Source: Blasia pusilla (taxonomy: Eukaryota). From it: a stretch of 64,000 nucleotides of DNA. Position 1 is the first letter of the stretch. Each line of letters starts with the position of its first letter. Shown here piece after piece: positions 23,610-36,752 of this stretch. Where the stretch lies: positions 1 through 64,000 of the forward strand of contig CM114271.1 in assembly GCA_050084515.1 (NCBI GenBank). Reading direction: 5' to 3'. The notes under the pieces were generated by a model. That model was given only the letters and a program-made list of their open reading frames with translations, was not told the DNA's origin and did no database searches. The position numbers and the translations under genes were made by a program.

Positions 23610-25765
23610 ATTGGGCCCCATTAATAATTTCTTGCGTCAACGGATTTCCCATAGTTACTATGCGGCCACCTTTTAGAAGGAGACCGATAGGAACGGAGGA
23701 TTGTCAAAGAATGCAAGTCTGACCATATGGTTCTTGGGATAGATGTCCAGACATTTATTGTCACCTTATTAAAAAAGCATCAGGACTTCATCATTTTCAT
23801 ATGACTTTCATTTCGTAGGAGAAATTCGCATTCCAAATTGAGTTCTCTGTGCATTTCAGAACGGGCTTGACAGATGGAACCACACGTCCAGGACGGCACA
23901 AGAAGTCGAGAATGACGTACGAGAAATTACAACAACTCTCTTTTTGTGATTAATAAGAGGTACATTGAAACAGGTGTATCATGCGAGTCGGCACAATATT
24001 TCGACAAGAATCCAACTAACCTCGATTTTCTCACTGACGGGTGTGCGATGACATAATGGTTACCTGAACAGGCTAATGAAACAATTTCCTAACGAAACTG
24101 TGTACCAACATTCTAGAGAATTTGATCCTGTTTCTTCTTGGGTTTTAAGCTTCTGCATAACAAGCTCACAATATGAGCACACTACTAGTGTGTTATTCAT
24201 ATCTATTTATATGCTGGACCAACAGAATAATATAATCCGATACGTGAATATACCAAACCAGTTATTACCTACGTCGGCAAGACTAGCGTTGCTAAGGTGG
24301 AAGTCCTTGCAACTGCCACTTTCCCCCTTCTCGCTTCTATTTGCTGGCTTTATTGCAACGCCGTGCACTGAAGAAGCAAAACAAAAAGTTACGATACGTC
24401 AGCTAATGGCAACAACGCATTGGTTCAAACGACACAAATTGCAGATAGCAGGGGATCGGTCCATGTCAGACCAACTAAACCATTAAGCTACAAACCGATG
24501 CGAGCAGCCAAAATTAAAGACGTGGAACTAGATGAGAAAACCGTCTACACGTCCATAACTAGCCACACCAAGCGCACTGACAAGCCGGACAGCGCTGTTA
24601 TAGCTGAAGTAAGAACTGCACGCGCATCATAGACGTGTTGCAAAGAATATTAAAAGTGGACTCGCGGCCATCTAGAAAACATGCATTCGACGCCGTGAAA
24701 TCAAACTAGGATCAGATTATACGAATCAGGTTAGAGCAGGCCGCACCTTGAGTAACTTTTCACGAAGTCTCGGATCAACCCTGAATCCAGACGGCGCGCA
24801 GCGCGGTTCTGCCTTGCACAACACAGCCCGGTCCATAGATTTGCGCCACACTACTGTACTGCTCACAATCCTGCTGGTTATGGATGGACACTCGGGTGTC
24901 GCCGCTGACGTCGGTGATGCGAACTGCGCCCTGGTCATTGAATATTTGACAGGTATTGCCTCCCACGAAGAAGGTGTTCGTAGGATTACCATCACAGCTG
25001 GCCGAATTGAACGTCTCAATCTTCGCAGCTTCGGTCAATGCTGCGAGTAGCAGTGCCACACAGAGAACTCGTAAGATGGCCATGATCGACTGCTAGCGTT
25101 GGAGATCGATGAAAGAATGTAAGTCGATCGCAAGGATTGCGTTATCTAGCGAAGAAATGGAGTTCCCAGAGAGCTAGATCGTTCTCGAGGGATCGGTTTG
25201 AGTAGTGAAAGGCAGTGCTCGCCTCTGGGCTTATAAACTGTTGAGCTATGCATGTTGGCCTCCGTGTGATCGGCCAAAATTGACTCTCGGACCCCGCATG
25301 ACCTATCCACACGTCATCCACATTTGCACACGTCATCCAAATTTGTAGGCGTAGAATGAATTTGTAGGGTCATCAGAGCCTGATACGTCACTCATATGCT
25401 ACTGATGACTTTGATCGAGCCCAAGGAAACGACTCCGGTTGAAGTGCGAACAACCGAGATCATCCTTGAGTGACGCGGCGTAAGCTTGAGTTGTGAGAGG
25501 CCTTTGTCCCAGGCCTTTTGATTCTTTGTCATTGACCAAAATTGACGCGTGGTGACGTATGACCGGACCGCGTCTCATCAATTTGTTGCCTTAGGATAAT
25601 AGGAGCCTTTACTCCCATTGCCAGGAAATTCTGACTGAATGTCAGTAGAAAGCTGACGAGGAGCGGATGACTGTTTCTTCGTTAGTCAACGGTGGTCGAC
25701 AACGACTCGACACGACATTCAATGACCTAACACGCAGCAACTTCCTCCTTTCTAATGCGGGGCTT
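23610..25765 (+). repeat. Segmental duplication, peptide-gene block, copy B
   Basis: Colinear with ~5670-7860; ends approximate. Confidence 0.9.
24775..25083 (-). CDS. Small secreted Cys-containing protein, MiAMP1-like antimicrobial peptide candidate (copy B)
   Basis: Intact 102-aa ORF, 94/102 residues identical to copy A, all Cys retained. Confidence 0.85.
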   Translation of the reverse strand: MAILRVLCVALLLAALTEAAKIETFNSASCDGNPTNTFFVGGNTCQIFNDQGAVRITDVSGDTRVSIHNQQDCEQYSSVAQIYGPGCVVQGRTALRAVWIQG

Positions 25766-27225
25766 CTTCAGATTATTTGAGTAATGGAGCTAAATTCCTC
25801 CAGAAATTAGTACAATATCCGTACAATGGATACTTTGAGCTCGTATATTTCATAAAAGTAAAATTTTCGACTCAATCGCCCCCTCTGGCGCATCTAAATC
25901 CGCTGCTAGTATCATGAGGTTAATCGACGTGTAATAAGAGTCACTTCTTCTAGGTAGCTGTGTGTTCTTATAGCTGAGTAGTTGTGTGTTGTTATAGAGC
26001 GTTTTTAGTGAGGTTTTCAGGATTACGCAACGAAGTCCCAATTTTCAATGTTACCCGCTAATATGATTTGTAATGTCTATTATTAACGAACATGGGGTTA
26101 CTAAGTAAGAAATTTTTTTAAGTGCTTCTATAAAAAAAATGTTTAGAAAAAATTAAATTTTATTTGGAAATAAGCATTAGGTGGCTTGATCGTGCCAAAG
26201 TGGAACCAAAGGACGCTGGAAGTTACCCAACTTCCACAAAAATTTCCCCTTTAAACTTTGGACGTCGAGTTGGGTTTACTGCGCACCTTACCTTTGGTAG
26301 GTAGTGAAACTACAAGGATTTACTACACTGATCGAGATCTGGAAGAAATTAATGTGAACTGCTACGAGGAGGGTGCTTGCAGCTGTAAAATTGTGAAGAG
26401 TTGGTGTCATCCAGGTACTTGATCCGAACATGTTATTATAATGTCAATCCTACTTTCATTGGGAGAGGTTTGACTTGTTCCTTACGGATTGCGCCCATCA
26501 TTTCCAGTCAAAAAATGATTTGTTTTTATCCATTGCGATACTTTATTATAGGCGACGGGTCTCCAGAGCTTTGCAACGTGCCCAAAAAAATGGGCTTTTG
26601 CGGTGGGCTAAGCAGTTGGAGACGCCAATACTAGAGGCCCACTTAGTAGTAGCCATAGTTCTACAGGTGTTCTCATATTACCTCTATAGTGTTGTTGGTG
26701 ATTTAAGCGTTGCTTATATTGCCTCTTTTGTGTTGTTTAGGTCGTTAGGGACAGGATCACACTGGATTTCACCAGCTCTAGAGTGTCCGCCTGATGCGTC
26801 TTCACCGTATCGTGCATTTTTGTGTGTCCATTTTGCACCTTCAATTCCTTCTCCCTCTTCTCGGTCTCAAACCGTCAAAATTTATTTCCTTTCGCTTTGG
26901 CTTCTCCCTAGCTCGATGAAAAAGCCAATTTCATCCGGTCAATTCTCTGAGGTTTCTCAAGTTAGGGTCTTAAGCTAGAGGCTGGACAGGAATTTCAAAC
27001 ACCAATATCAGCAGTCATGAGTCTAGAGGAATGCCTCCAGGCTTCAACCAGTAGCATGCAACTATTTAATATGATAGCCTGACCTTAGGAGAAATAAAAA
27101 AACTGCATCCTCCAATTAATACATATCCTCAATTAGATGAGTACTGGCAAAAAGAAACCGGAATATCGTCCCAAAAAGTATTCTGAATTCCCAACTGGTG
27201 CCACAACCATAAATAATAGCCATAC

Positions 27226-30200
27226 ATGGATATTATGCCAAATGTACCTATAATCATTCATGCGTCTAATTTTCATAGAGGTGCTAAATTCAACAAGTCG
27301 CTAAATCTTGCTCGCATGCCCAACTTCCAAGAAAGTGATGTAAGAAAGCTACGACTACAAAGGAGTTTCAATCGTATCATTGGTCGTCATACTCTTGGCT
27401 ATATGACAGAAGTATGTCCTTCATGTCATGCTCTGCACTGGATTTGTGAAAATGTGAAGAGTAGAAGGTTTCCCAACTCACCTTTTGGGATGTCTTGTGA
27501 GCATGGGACAGTCCATTTGCCCCTCTTGAAGAAGTCTCCTCCATTTTTGGAGTCATTGATGACAGGTGTTGGCCCTCAAAGTGTTCACTGTCTTACTCAT
27601 GCTCGAGCTTATAATTGTGCATTCCAACTAGCATCTACTAGAGCACAGGTGAATGAGCAAGTTGGTGGTATTGGCCACTTTAGGATTCAAGGTGGAATCT
27701 ATTATTCCATTGGATCACTACATCCAGATTCAAGAAATCGTTCCCAATTTGCTCAAATATACATTCATGATACTGAAAATGAATTGGAGAACCAAGAAAG
27801 GGTTATGTCTCATGATCTTCAACCTAAGATCTTGAGAGGGCTACAAGAGATGTTAAATTCATGCAATCCCTATGTCAAGATGTTTCGTCGTGCTTCAATT
27901 CAAGCAAACGGTCTTAATATTTGGATCATCTTAAAGGAAAGTAAGAAAGGTCTCGATGCAAACTTTATAACTTACCAAGTACTTTTGAGATTGAAACTAT
28001 TTTTCCAAGTGATGGGACTAAAGTCATTGATCGTCGTGATATTGTTGTACGACTACATGGAGGAGGTGTACATCGTATATCAGACCTAAATGAGGCGTAT
28101 ATTCCATTGCATTTCATTTGGATATTTATGTACGGTGAAGCAGGTTGGCATCTTAGAATATCCACTAGCAACTTCCAAGTTGATGGGAATATGGAACTCT
28201 TGAATGAGTCTACGTATGAGGATGGTGTTCATTGTGAGATTCTTGAGGAAACAAGAACAAAATGTGTTACTGCCTTACAGTTCGCATGTTTTTTACTTCA
28301 AACACGGATTGGAGCTGAAGATGATAACCGAGTTCTTGAATTTGGTTGACTTACTCAAGAATATATGGTTGACGTTTATGCCACTGTCAAGATGCAGTGT
28401 TTATGTTGGATTTGCCTCAATCAAAAGGAGTTAAGGGCTGAATTATATCAAGGTGTAAAGGATGACATACATCCACATGATGGTGATAGCACAAGATTTG
28501 GGAGGCGCATTGTATTACCCTCTTCCTTTAGTGGAGGTCCACGTCACATGCATCAACTATATCAAGACGCAATTGCCATTGTGAGACACTTGGAAAAACA
28601 TGATTAATTTTTGACCATGACATGCAACCCTAAGTGGGAGGAGATTACAACCTTGGTAAAATTGCGGCAGACCAACCAGATTTAGTTGTAAGAGTTTTTC
28701 AAAAGAAGAAGAGGGAGTTATTATGACTTATTATCAAGAAACATATATTAGGCAGGATTGTTGGATGCATTCATGTTGTGGAATTCCAAAAGAGAGGTCT
28801 TCCACATGTCCATATTTTGATAATTTTGGCTCATGAGGATAAACCACAAAGCACTTCTGATTATGATGCTATAATATCAGTTGAAATCCCAAATTCTAAC
28901 ACTCACCTGAGGCTTTATTCGATGGTAGGTAATTGCATGATACATGGTCCATATAGACCATTGAATCCAAATGCACTGTGCAAGAATAAAGAGACTAAAC
29001 AATGCACCAAAGGTTATCCGAAGTCTTTCACAAGTACAACAACTGAAAGTGAAGATGGTTATCCAATCTATCGAAGGTACCCAAGATCTTATTTTTTCCT
29101 TTTATACATAAATATATCTTTGGGTGGATGATCTTCCCTATTTCTTTTTCCTTTTCTTTTAGATTAAGACAAAAAATTGGAATATACTTACTTATTTCCT
29201 GCAATATCTCCTTTTCTAGGATGGATGATGGGAAGAAGGTCATGAAGTGTGAACACTCTCTCGACAATCGATGGGTGGTGCCCTACAATCCTCTACTGTG
29301 TACATTATTCACTGTCACATTAATTTGGAGATCACAAACAACATTTCAGCTGTTAAATATCTCTAGAAATATGTATATAAGGGATCTGATGCGGTATTAT
29401 TTAAGGTGTCGAAAGAAGGAAATAATTCTCAAACATAGAGACAATTGATGAGACATCATTGTATCTTGATACAAGGTAAGCATTTCGTAACTTCATTATT
29501 TTTTCTTTTTTTCCATGTCCTTCTACTCATTGATAGTTTCTACATTTCATGTATATAACCATCATTTTCTCATCCCATATACAGATATATATCTTCTTCA
29601 GAGGCGTGTTGGAGACTTTTCAAATTCAATCTCTATGCAGAACATCCGGAGATTCTACATTGGAGATTATTATGAGATTGGCTGTTCATTTACCGGAGGC
29701 ACAAACAATTTACTTCAACGATAATGATGCTCTGGAAAATATTCTGCAAAAAAATAGAGAGACTACCCTCACACAATGGTTAGAGAGATCACCCTCACAC
29801 AATGGTTTGAAACAAATTCGCTAGATCCCATTGCTCAAAAGTATTTGTATCTTCAATTTTCTTCCTACTATCGTTGGAGTAATAAGAGATGGTTCCGTAG
29901 GGTACAAAAAAAAACTATTGTGGTCTTCCTATTGGTTGCTTATACCTTACCCATCCAGGTAAGAAGTTCTTACAACCTCATCTTACTTTCATATGCTATT
30001 TCCTACCTTACTTAAGATCTCAAATAATACTACCCACACATTCAATATTGGAATTATAACCTGTAACCTATCTTGGACTTCTATGCTGGCGAAAGAGAAC
30101 GCCATTGGTTGAGATTGCTTCTTCATCATGTTTGAGGGGCAACTATATACAAATTTTTGAGAATAGTGGATGGAGTGTTATACCCAACATTTAAGGAGGC

Positions 30201-32341
30201 TGCCATTCAATTTGGACTTCTCGAGGATGATAGGGAAGCATTATTTTAGTTAAAATAAGCTATAGAGATCCGTACAGGCTCCTCACTTCGTCGACTCTTT
30301 GCCATTATTTTGGCATATAGCACACCTGCTCGACTTGCAGTACTTTGGAGTCAATTTTTGGTTCAACTCATTGAAGATCTTAAATATGAACGATGTGAGG
30401 TAATTCTTTTTCTTCTTTAATTTTAAGGTGTATATGTTGATATTATCCTAGACTTATTACATATTGTGCACATTCCATTGCAGAAAACTGGAATTCCTGA
30501 TCTTCCCCTTGATGCTTCTATCATTAATCACGCTTAATTGGAAGTGCATTATTATCTTCAAGATCAAGGAAATTCATTGTCTGATTTTCCAAACATGCCC
30601 CAAGCTAACTTCCAAACAATTCAATCACGCTCATATCTAGAGGAAGAAGAGTTATTGTATGATCAAGAAGAACTACTCGAGCATGTGGAATTAGAAAAAT
30701 CAAGTTTGAATGAAGGGCAACGTGCTATTTGGGATGCTATACATATTCAACTTCATAATATCTCTACGGATGCTCCACCATGTGCCAAATTTTTTTTCAT
30801 TGAAGGCCCAGGAGGAACAGGAAAGACTTTCCTATACAATCTTCTTCTTGCAAGCGTTAGAAGAAGTGGAGGTATAGCTTTGGCTGTCGCATCATCTGGG
30901 ATAGCTACCCTTTTATTAGATGGAGGACGCACTACGCATTCACGCTTCAAAATTCCTCTAACTCTTGATGAGTTCTCTACTTGCAAGTAAGTGCTTTGCA
31001 CTAAAATTTCTTATTTTATTCATGAGAACTTTCTTTCTTTAGAGAGAAGAGCTAATTTATTTCATTGTGTCATATGTAGCTTGCCAGTTAATAGTGATGG
31101 TGCATGCTTAATCCGACGTGCTAGGCTTATTATATGGCACGAGGCACCCATGACTCATCGTCATGCATTTGAGGCAGTGAATTGTACCTTACAAGATATT
31201 ATGGGAATTTTCTCTAATGACTTGAGGCATATACCATTTGGCGGCAAGCTCATAATTTTGGGTGGGGGTTTTTGCCAAGTCCTACCGGTTGTACTTTGTA
31301 GAGATCACCCAAAAATTGTCCAAGCCACTTTAAAGAGATCAATTTTATGGCCTCATGTGAATGTCATGAAGTTAAGTACAAATATGAGAGTTCAAAGGTT
31401 GGAAGGTCATGAACGTGCTCACCAACAAGCTTTTGCTGATTGGTTATTGGAGGTGGGAGAGGGTAATGTACCTTTGCGAAGTGACTTGGAAGATGATTTT
31501 ATTCAATTGCCACATGATATGGTTTGCCATAGTAACAAGATAAGTGATCTTATTGATACTATATATGGAAACGATCCTCAATTATTTCATGACATCAACT
31601 TTTTGAGAGATGCGGCTATTTTGGCACCAAGAAATAGAGATGTCGACGAGATAAATGCAGAAGTCATGTCTCGATTCCACGGACAGGTAAAGATACAATA
31701 CTATTCCGGTAAATATATTTTGTGATTCTTATTAATGACGAGAGTGGAGCAATATCTAATATATGTATGTATGTTATGTATAGGAGTGTTCTTACCTAAG
31801 TGTTGACTCCATTCCCAATGAGGGGATGAATCATATCTATCCGGCGGAATTCTTGAATACATGCTTACCTTCCGGACTACCACCACATTCTTTGTCATTG
31901 AAAATAGCTGCACCGATCATGCTTCTACAAAATATGAATGGCTGGAGGGGACAAGCAAATGGTACACGATTAGTCATTCGAGGATTTATGCAACATTTGA
32001 TAGATGCTGAAATTATTACAAGAAAGAACATTAGAGATCGCGTTTTCATTCCGCATATCCCATTGATTGTGTCTGACTCCGGTTAACCTTGTGATCTACG
32101 TAGACTTCAATCCCCTATGCGTCCTGCTTTTGCCATAACCATTAATAAGTCACAAGGTCAAACCCTACGGAAAGTTGGAATTTACTTGCCTACTCCTGTT
32201 TTCTTTCATGGCCAATTATATGTAGAATTGTCTAGAGTAGGACATAGAAAATCAATCTAGGTTGCACTTGGAAGTGAAGCACATTCAAGTAAAGAGGTCT
32301 ATTGTACCTGCAATGTAGTTTACAAAGAAGTTCTAAGATAA
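27226..32341 (+). pseudogene. Helitron Rep/Helicase pseudogene (intron-containing)
   Basis: CPSCHALHW zinc motif; LPSSFSGGPRHMHQLYQDA; LFLTMTCNPKW; HUH motif EFQKRGLPHVHILI; DNRWVVPYNP; Walker [39 protein letters not shown]; terminal NVVYKEVLR*. Many stops. No 3' CTAG terminus seen. Confidence 0.97.
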
Positions 32342-32404
32342 TATCAGAATTCAAAAAAATAAATAAATTCATGGAATAAATTTTACAAATTAAATCTTAA
32401 GATT

Positions 32405-33400
32405 TTCGAGGCTTCCCCTTTCCGGAACGCTCTTCTTAACCAAATCCACTAGGAAACGGAGTTCTTCAATTTCTCACACTTTCAACTTCCTGCAGAATGT
32501 TGGTATCTGGCCATATTTTGAAAGTAAAAATTGAAAGAGAAAGAGCTATTCACATTAAGGTACACAGGCTAGATATCAGTGACAATTATTCTTCAAATAT
32601 TAAGACATTTCTCACTACTGTCCATAATGATCCAAAATTTTGTTAACTCGAAGAAGGCTCCGTGGTTTCCTAAACTAAGAGAAAAATGAAATGAAGATGC
32701 TCGAAAGAAACAAACTCTGAGGGAAGTTTCACGGTTCCCAAAGAATTATTGTATGCATGCATGTTACTTAGTATCCAATGAATTCTGTTATTACGTACAC
32801 GGAGATCGGATCAATGAATCCCACTTTTGCCTTTCCTCTATTCTTATGTTATGAATCTCATCTTGCGCGACCAGGCGTTGACTTGTAGTCTTCAGCCACA
32901 CCTAGATTGCGAAACCCACAGATAGCCTCGGCTTTACGTCGAAGCCCATGTCTATATTTGGATTTAACTTGAAAGGAAAGAAGACGAATCAGTAGACCAA
33001 GTCCAATTTGTAGGGATCACCAGCTAGAGATGAAAAGCAAAGCTCCCTCAGGAGTGCAATCCCTACTATATCAGGAATAATAGCCACAAATAGAACTCAG
33101 TTGACAAAGTTCTCATTACAACTGATGCTATTGAACGGAATGTCATGACTACGACTTTCACGGTATGGCACAGAACAAAAATTTGTTAAACTCGATCCTT
33201 TCCATGCAGTTTCCATGATTGATTTGATTGTTATCGACACCGCTTCTATGTATGTTTTCATTTTACAGTCGAGGATCATCCGATTCGAGAGCAAGCCAGA
33301 TAGCCATCATCGTGCGATGATGGAATGGTAATCTGCTCAACCCAATGACGGAATGTCCAAGCGAAACAAAAATGTGTGTCAACAACTTTCAAAGTCTTCC
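32405..33400 (+). repeat. Segmental duplication block Y, copy 2
   Basis: Direct similarity to 8776-9250; inverted similarity to 38505-40050 (e.g. ATATCAGGAATAATAGCCACAAAT). Confidence 0.85.
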
Positions 33401-33685
33401 AGCCTCTTTCTTTTCGCGTTCTACGCGTGCGACCATGCCACATACGAAACTGTGAATATGAATACTTTGGTTGTATATTATTTATGTCGGCATGATCAGC
33501 ACATGCGGAAATTCACATAAAATAGGCATATCTTTTCCAACAAGAGAAGGACTTTGAATGGATTGTGAAAGTTCTAGTTCATATGTGAGATTTAGCGCTA
33601 AGCTCAGTTGCATTGCAAACTTAGTGCATGTCCATGGAACCGTCCTACACATCTGGCTTGTTTCTTCTCGCATTTCTTCTTCTGT

Positions 33686-33869
33686 AGTGAATGACAATTG
33701 ATCCTAATCGCCCTCTTAATCTTATTTGATTCTAGGGTTCACCCTTGCCACTTTGGACGTATGGGAAACATACGTTATATCGTAATCGACTAAGTAGTGA
33801 ATGACAATTGATCCTAATCGCCCCCTTAATCTAATTTGATTCTAGGGTTCAGCCTTGCCACTTCGGACG
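33686..33869 (+). repeat. About 74-bp direct duplication, 110-bp spacing
   Basis: TAGTGAATGACAATTGATCCTAATCGCCC...CCTTGCCACTT occurs at 33686 and again at 33796. Confidence 0.9.
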
Positions 33870-33997
33870 GCCCTACAAGCAAGTATTTATAGATTTTCCG
33901 GTTGTTAATACATTTAAGCATCCAAACATCCTTGCGTTTGATCTGGTTTCGAGTGTGTTTACATTACTGAGTGTGAAGAATAATAGACTTGGATTTA

Positions 33998-34941
33998 TGC
34001 ATACTTCTTCTCATTGTCATCATCACCTATGAGTAAGCTTTTCTCATCAAGAGGAAAATGGTGTTTTCTCAAGTCTCAAGCATTATCTTTGGACGATGTG
34101 CCCAATGTCACTCAAGCCGACTCCCTACCGTCCATTCTTAAAGCATTGAATCTAATGAACATGCCCGCATGAACAATGGGAGAATGATTGAGATTTTTGA
34201 ATGACTAGCGGCAGCAAGTAAATTAAATGTATAAGTAAAATTTAGAGATTAACCTTTGAACCACAACGGTGCTTTCACCCTAAACTACGCTCTCAATTCT
34301 TATCCAGTGTGCTCCCTCTGTACTGTACCGCATCTTATGTGGCACAGTATGAAAGCCTCACAAGGAATGAATTTTTGCGGGGGGTTGTATTAGCTAGGAA
34401 GTTTCCCTCCAAAGTTACTTAAGAAGTCTCTCAAATTTTTCCGCCGTGTGTCCGGCGGAGCTGGCAGCTATTTACTATATCGGGAGTTTGTTGGCTATTG
34501 TCACTTGGCAACATTCTGCCGTAGTGTGTCAGGTGGGGGACCTGAAGACTATTTTCACCTCGCGGCATCCTAGAAGCATTCATTGGTGAAGTTGACAGCT
34601 ATTTACAATATTGCGAAAAAGACAAATATTATCACTTGGCGGCATTCTTCTACAACGTGTTCATCGGAGCTTGTAACTATTTATAGTATTGGAGGCCAAT
34701 TACAATATCAAGGACTCGACAAATATTATCAATGATGGTTGCAAAAAAACGGACAAGTCCTTCCTTAGGACAAACATGGGTTCCAAGAGGTGGGATCCAC
34801 ACTTTATAATCCATGATGGAACGTAAGGCAAGGATAAGTGGAGCAATGAGGGAGGAGGGAGTGGAGGTAGAGGGAGCAAGAAACGGGGGAGTATGGAACA
34901 CAAAGACAAGTAAGGGGAAGGAGAAAGAAGGGAAAGGTGGG
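33998..34941 (+). repeat. Dispersed repeat with an inverted copy at 49623-50668
   Basis: High-identity reverse-complement match (compare the ORF translations at 34700-35023(-) and 49655-49864(+)). Contains a degenerate internal repeat ATCACTTGGCGGCATTCT. Confidence 0.92.
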
Positions 34942-35032
34942 GCCCATATGGACAAGTCCTTCCATAGGACGGACATAAGTCCACTGACATGGACATGTCC
35001 ATGGACACGGACTTTGTCCACATGCAACCTTG
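34734..35032. mobile_element. 299-bp MITE with 8-bp TSD (hAT-type)
   Basis: TTATCAAT at 34726-34733 and 35033-35040; termini GATGGTTGCA... and ...TGCAACCTTG; subterminal GGACAAGTCC / GGACTTTGTCC. Confidence 0.75.
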
Positions 35033-36752
35033 TTATCAATAGGCGACATTCTACAGTAGTGTGTTTGGTGGAGCTAGTTTGCCACTATTTACATAATCGA
35101 GAACTCGGCGAACATTATCACTCCGGGCGGAATTCTTCCGCACTCTGTTTGGTGGAGCTAGTGGCTATTCACAATATCGGATACCCGGCGGCTGTTATCA
35201 CTTGGCGGCATTCTACGGCAGAATTCTATATTTATAGAATCCGGAACTTGGTGGTTACCATACGAGAGGAATATTGTGAACCATAGTTGGGCTCTCATCC
35301 TAAACTGCATTCTTTGTTCTTATCCAGGGGTGAACCATAGTTGAGCTCTCATCCTAAAGTGCACTCCGTGTTCTTATCCAATGTGCTACTTCTTACGATA
35401 TCTATATCCAATTACAAGAAAAAATGGAATCATCTATTCTACTACAATGAAAGAAAGTTCTCGGGGCTGCATTAGGGGCGAAGTCTCCTGAGGGGGCCCC
35501 TCAAGAAATTTCCTTGCGCCCCGGAAATCTCTACGGCCTTGCATCTGGAAAACTCCCCTCAAAATTTATAGATTTCATCCAACAACATCTCATCTCCCAA
35601 CTCTTTTATGTTCAACTCTTTTACCTCCTACTAGGCCTGGTAGTAGTTTACGTTTCTTCCCTGTTTCTACGACCGTCTTTTCCAACTCAAACAGTATAAA
35701 GCTTAGGTCGCGTCACCCACGGAAGATCCGAATATAAAACTTAATAGAAAAGGGGATGGAAACCCATCAGGATACAAGACGAAGAGACGAGAATTCGATG
35801 AGAGAGAAGGAACGATGTGGATCCAACTACCTACCATTCCCGACGTCCCAGTCGGGTGGGAGTCGGGCTTCAGTCGGCGATGGACACGAGGATTGTACGT
35901 AGGGCAGAGTCCACCATGAGCCGCAACAGACCGTTCAGTCATGAATCCTGCGATTTGGAGGAGACGGGAGGGCGCGGCGGAGCTCTACGGGATGGCGGTG
36001 GGGATGGGAAGGAGATTGATGCTGGGATGGAGGATGGAGGGGGGTCGTGTGTTATATCAAAACGGAGATACCGACTTCCTCTATGTTTTGATCCGTAGCG
36101 TCAATCTTCTAGTGAAGTATTTTTCATTTTATTTTGTTTTGTAGAGTTTTGTTGTTTTAGGGTTTCTCATGTAGGTATTAGGGTCCTCTTTGTTTTCTGG
36201 TTTTGTTGTAATGCTTTGAATGTTTCCAAGACAACTCATGTTGTTATTCCACACCACCCTTTTTTTTTTTCTCTATGTCCTTATTCTGTTGCCACACACG
36301 TTCCTCCTTCACGTTTGACCCATGTTTTTCTCCCTTATCCCACTCTATTCCCATCTATTTTTTCCATCTATTCTTTTTCCATATCATTAGTACCTCCATA
36401 CTATCTCTACATTATTTTGGGAAGGGGTTGGGCCATATGTCATAGGTGAAGATGGTAGATGAGAGTTCATACTAGGGAGAGCATTTCCGTGGATGGGAAG
36501 AGAGTCGATTACCATTAGGGCTAGTTTGAATGGGGGTTGTGGGGCGGATTTTGGTGGGGTTTGTCTCTCGAGTTTGAGGGAGGGGGTCATGTTCTCTTCT
36601 TGGTGAGAGGTGTCCGTGCCTCGCCCGCATCAGCCCCTTGTGTAGGGGCTCGTGGGTCATCTAGCTAGGATACGAAATGCCCTTGTTGTCCGGAATTCTT
36701 CACTCCTTCAGGAATTCGGAACTATTTAGCGGCTGAACATCCTGACTTTGAT

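Noticed and set aside
36155-36166. Isolated single TTTAGGG-type heptamers (also ~41425, ~43260, ~50382)
   Set aside because: Single units are expected by chance and are not at demonstrable junctions.
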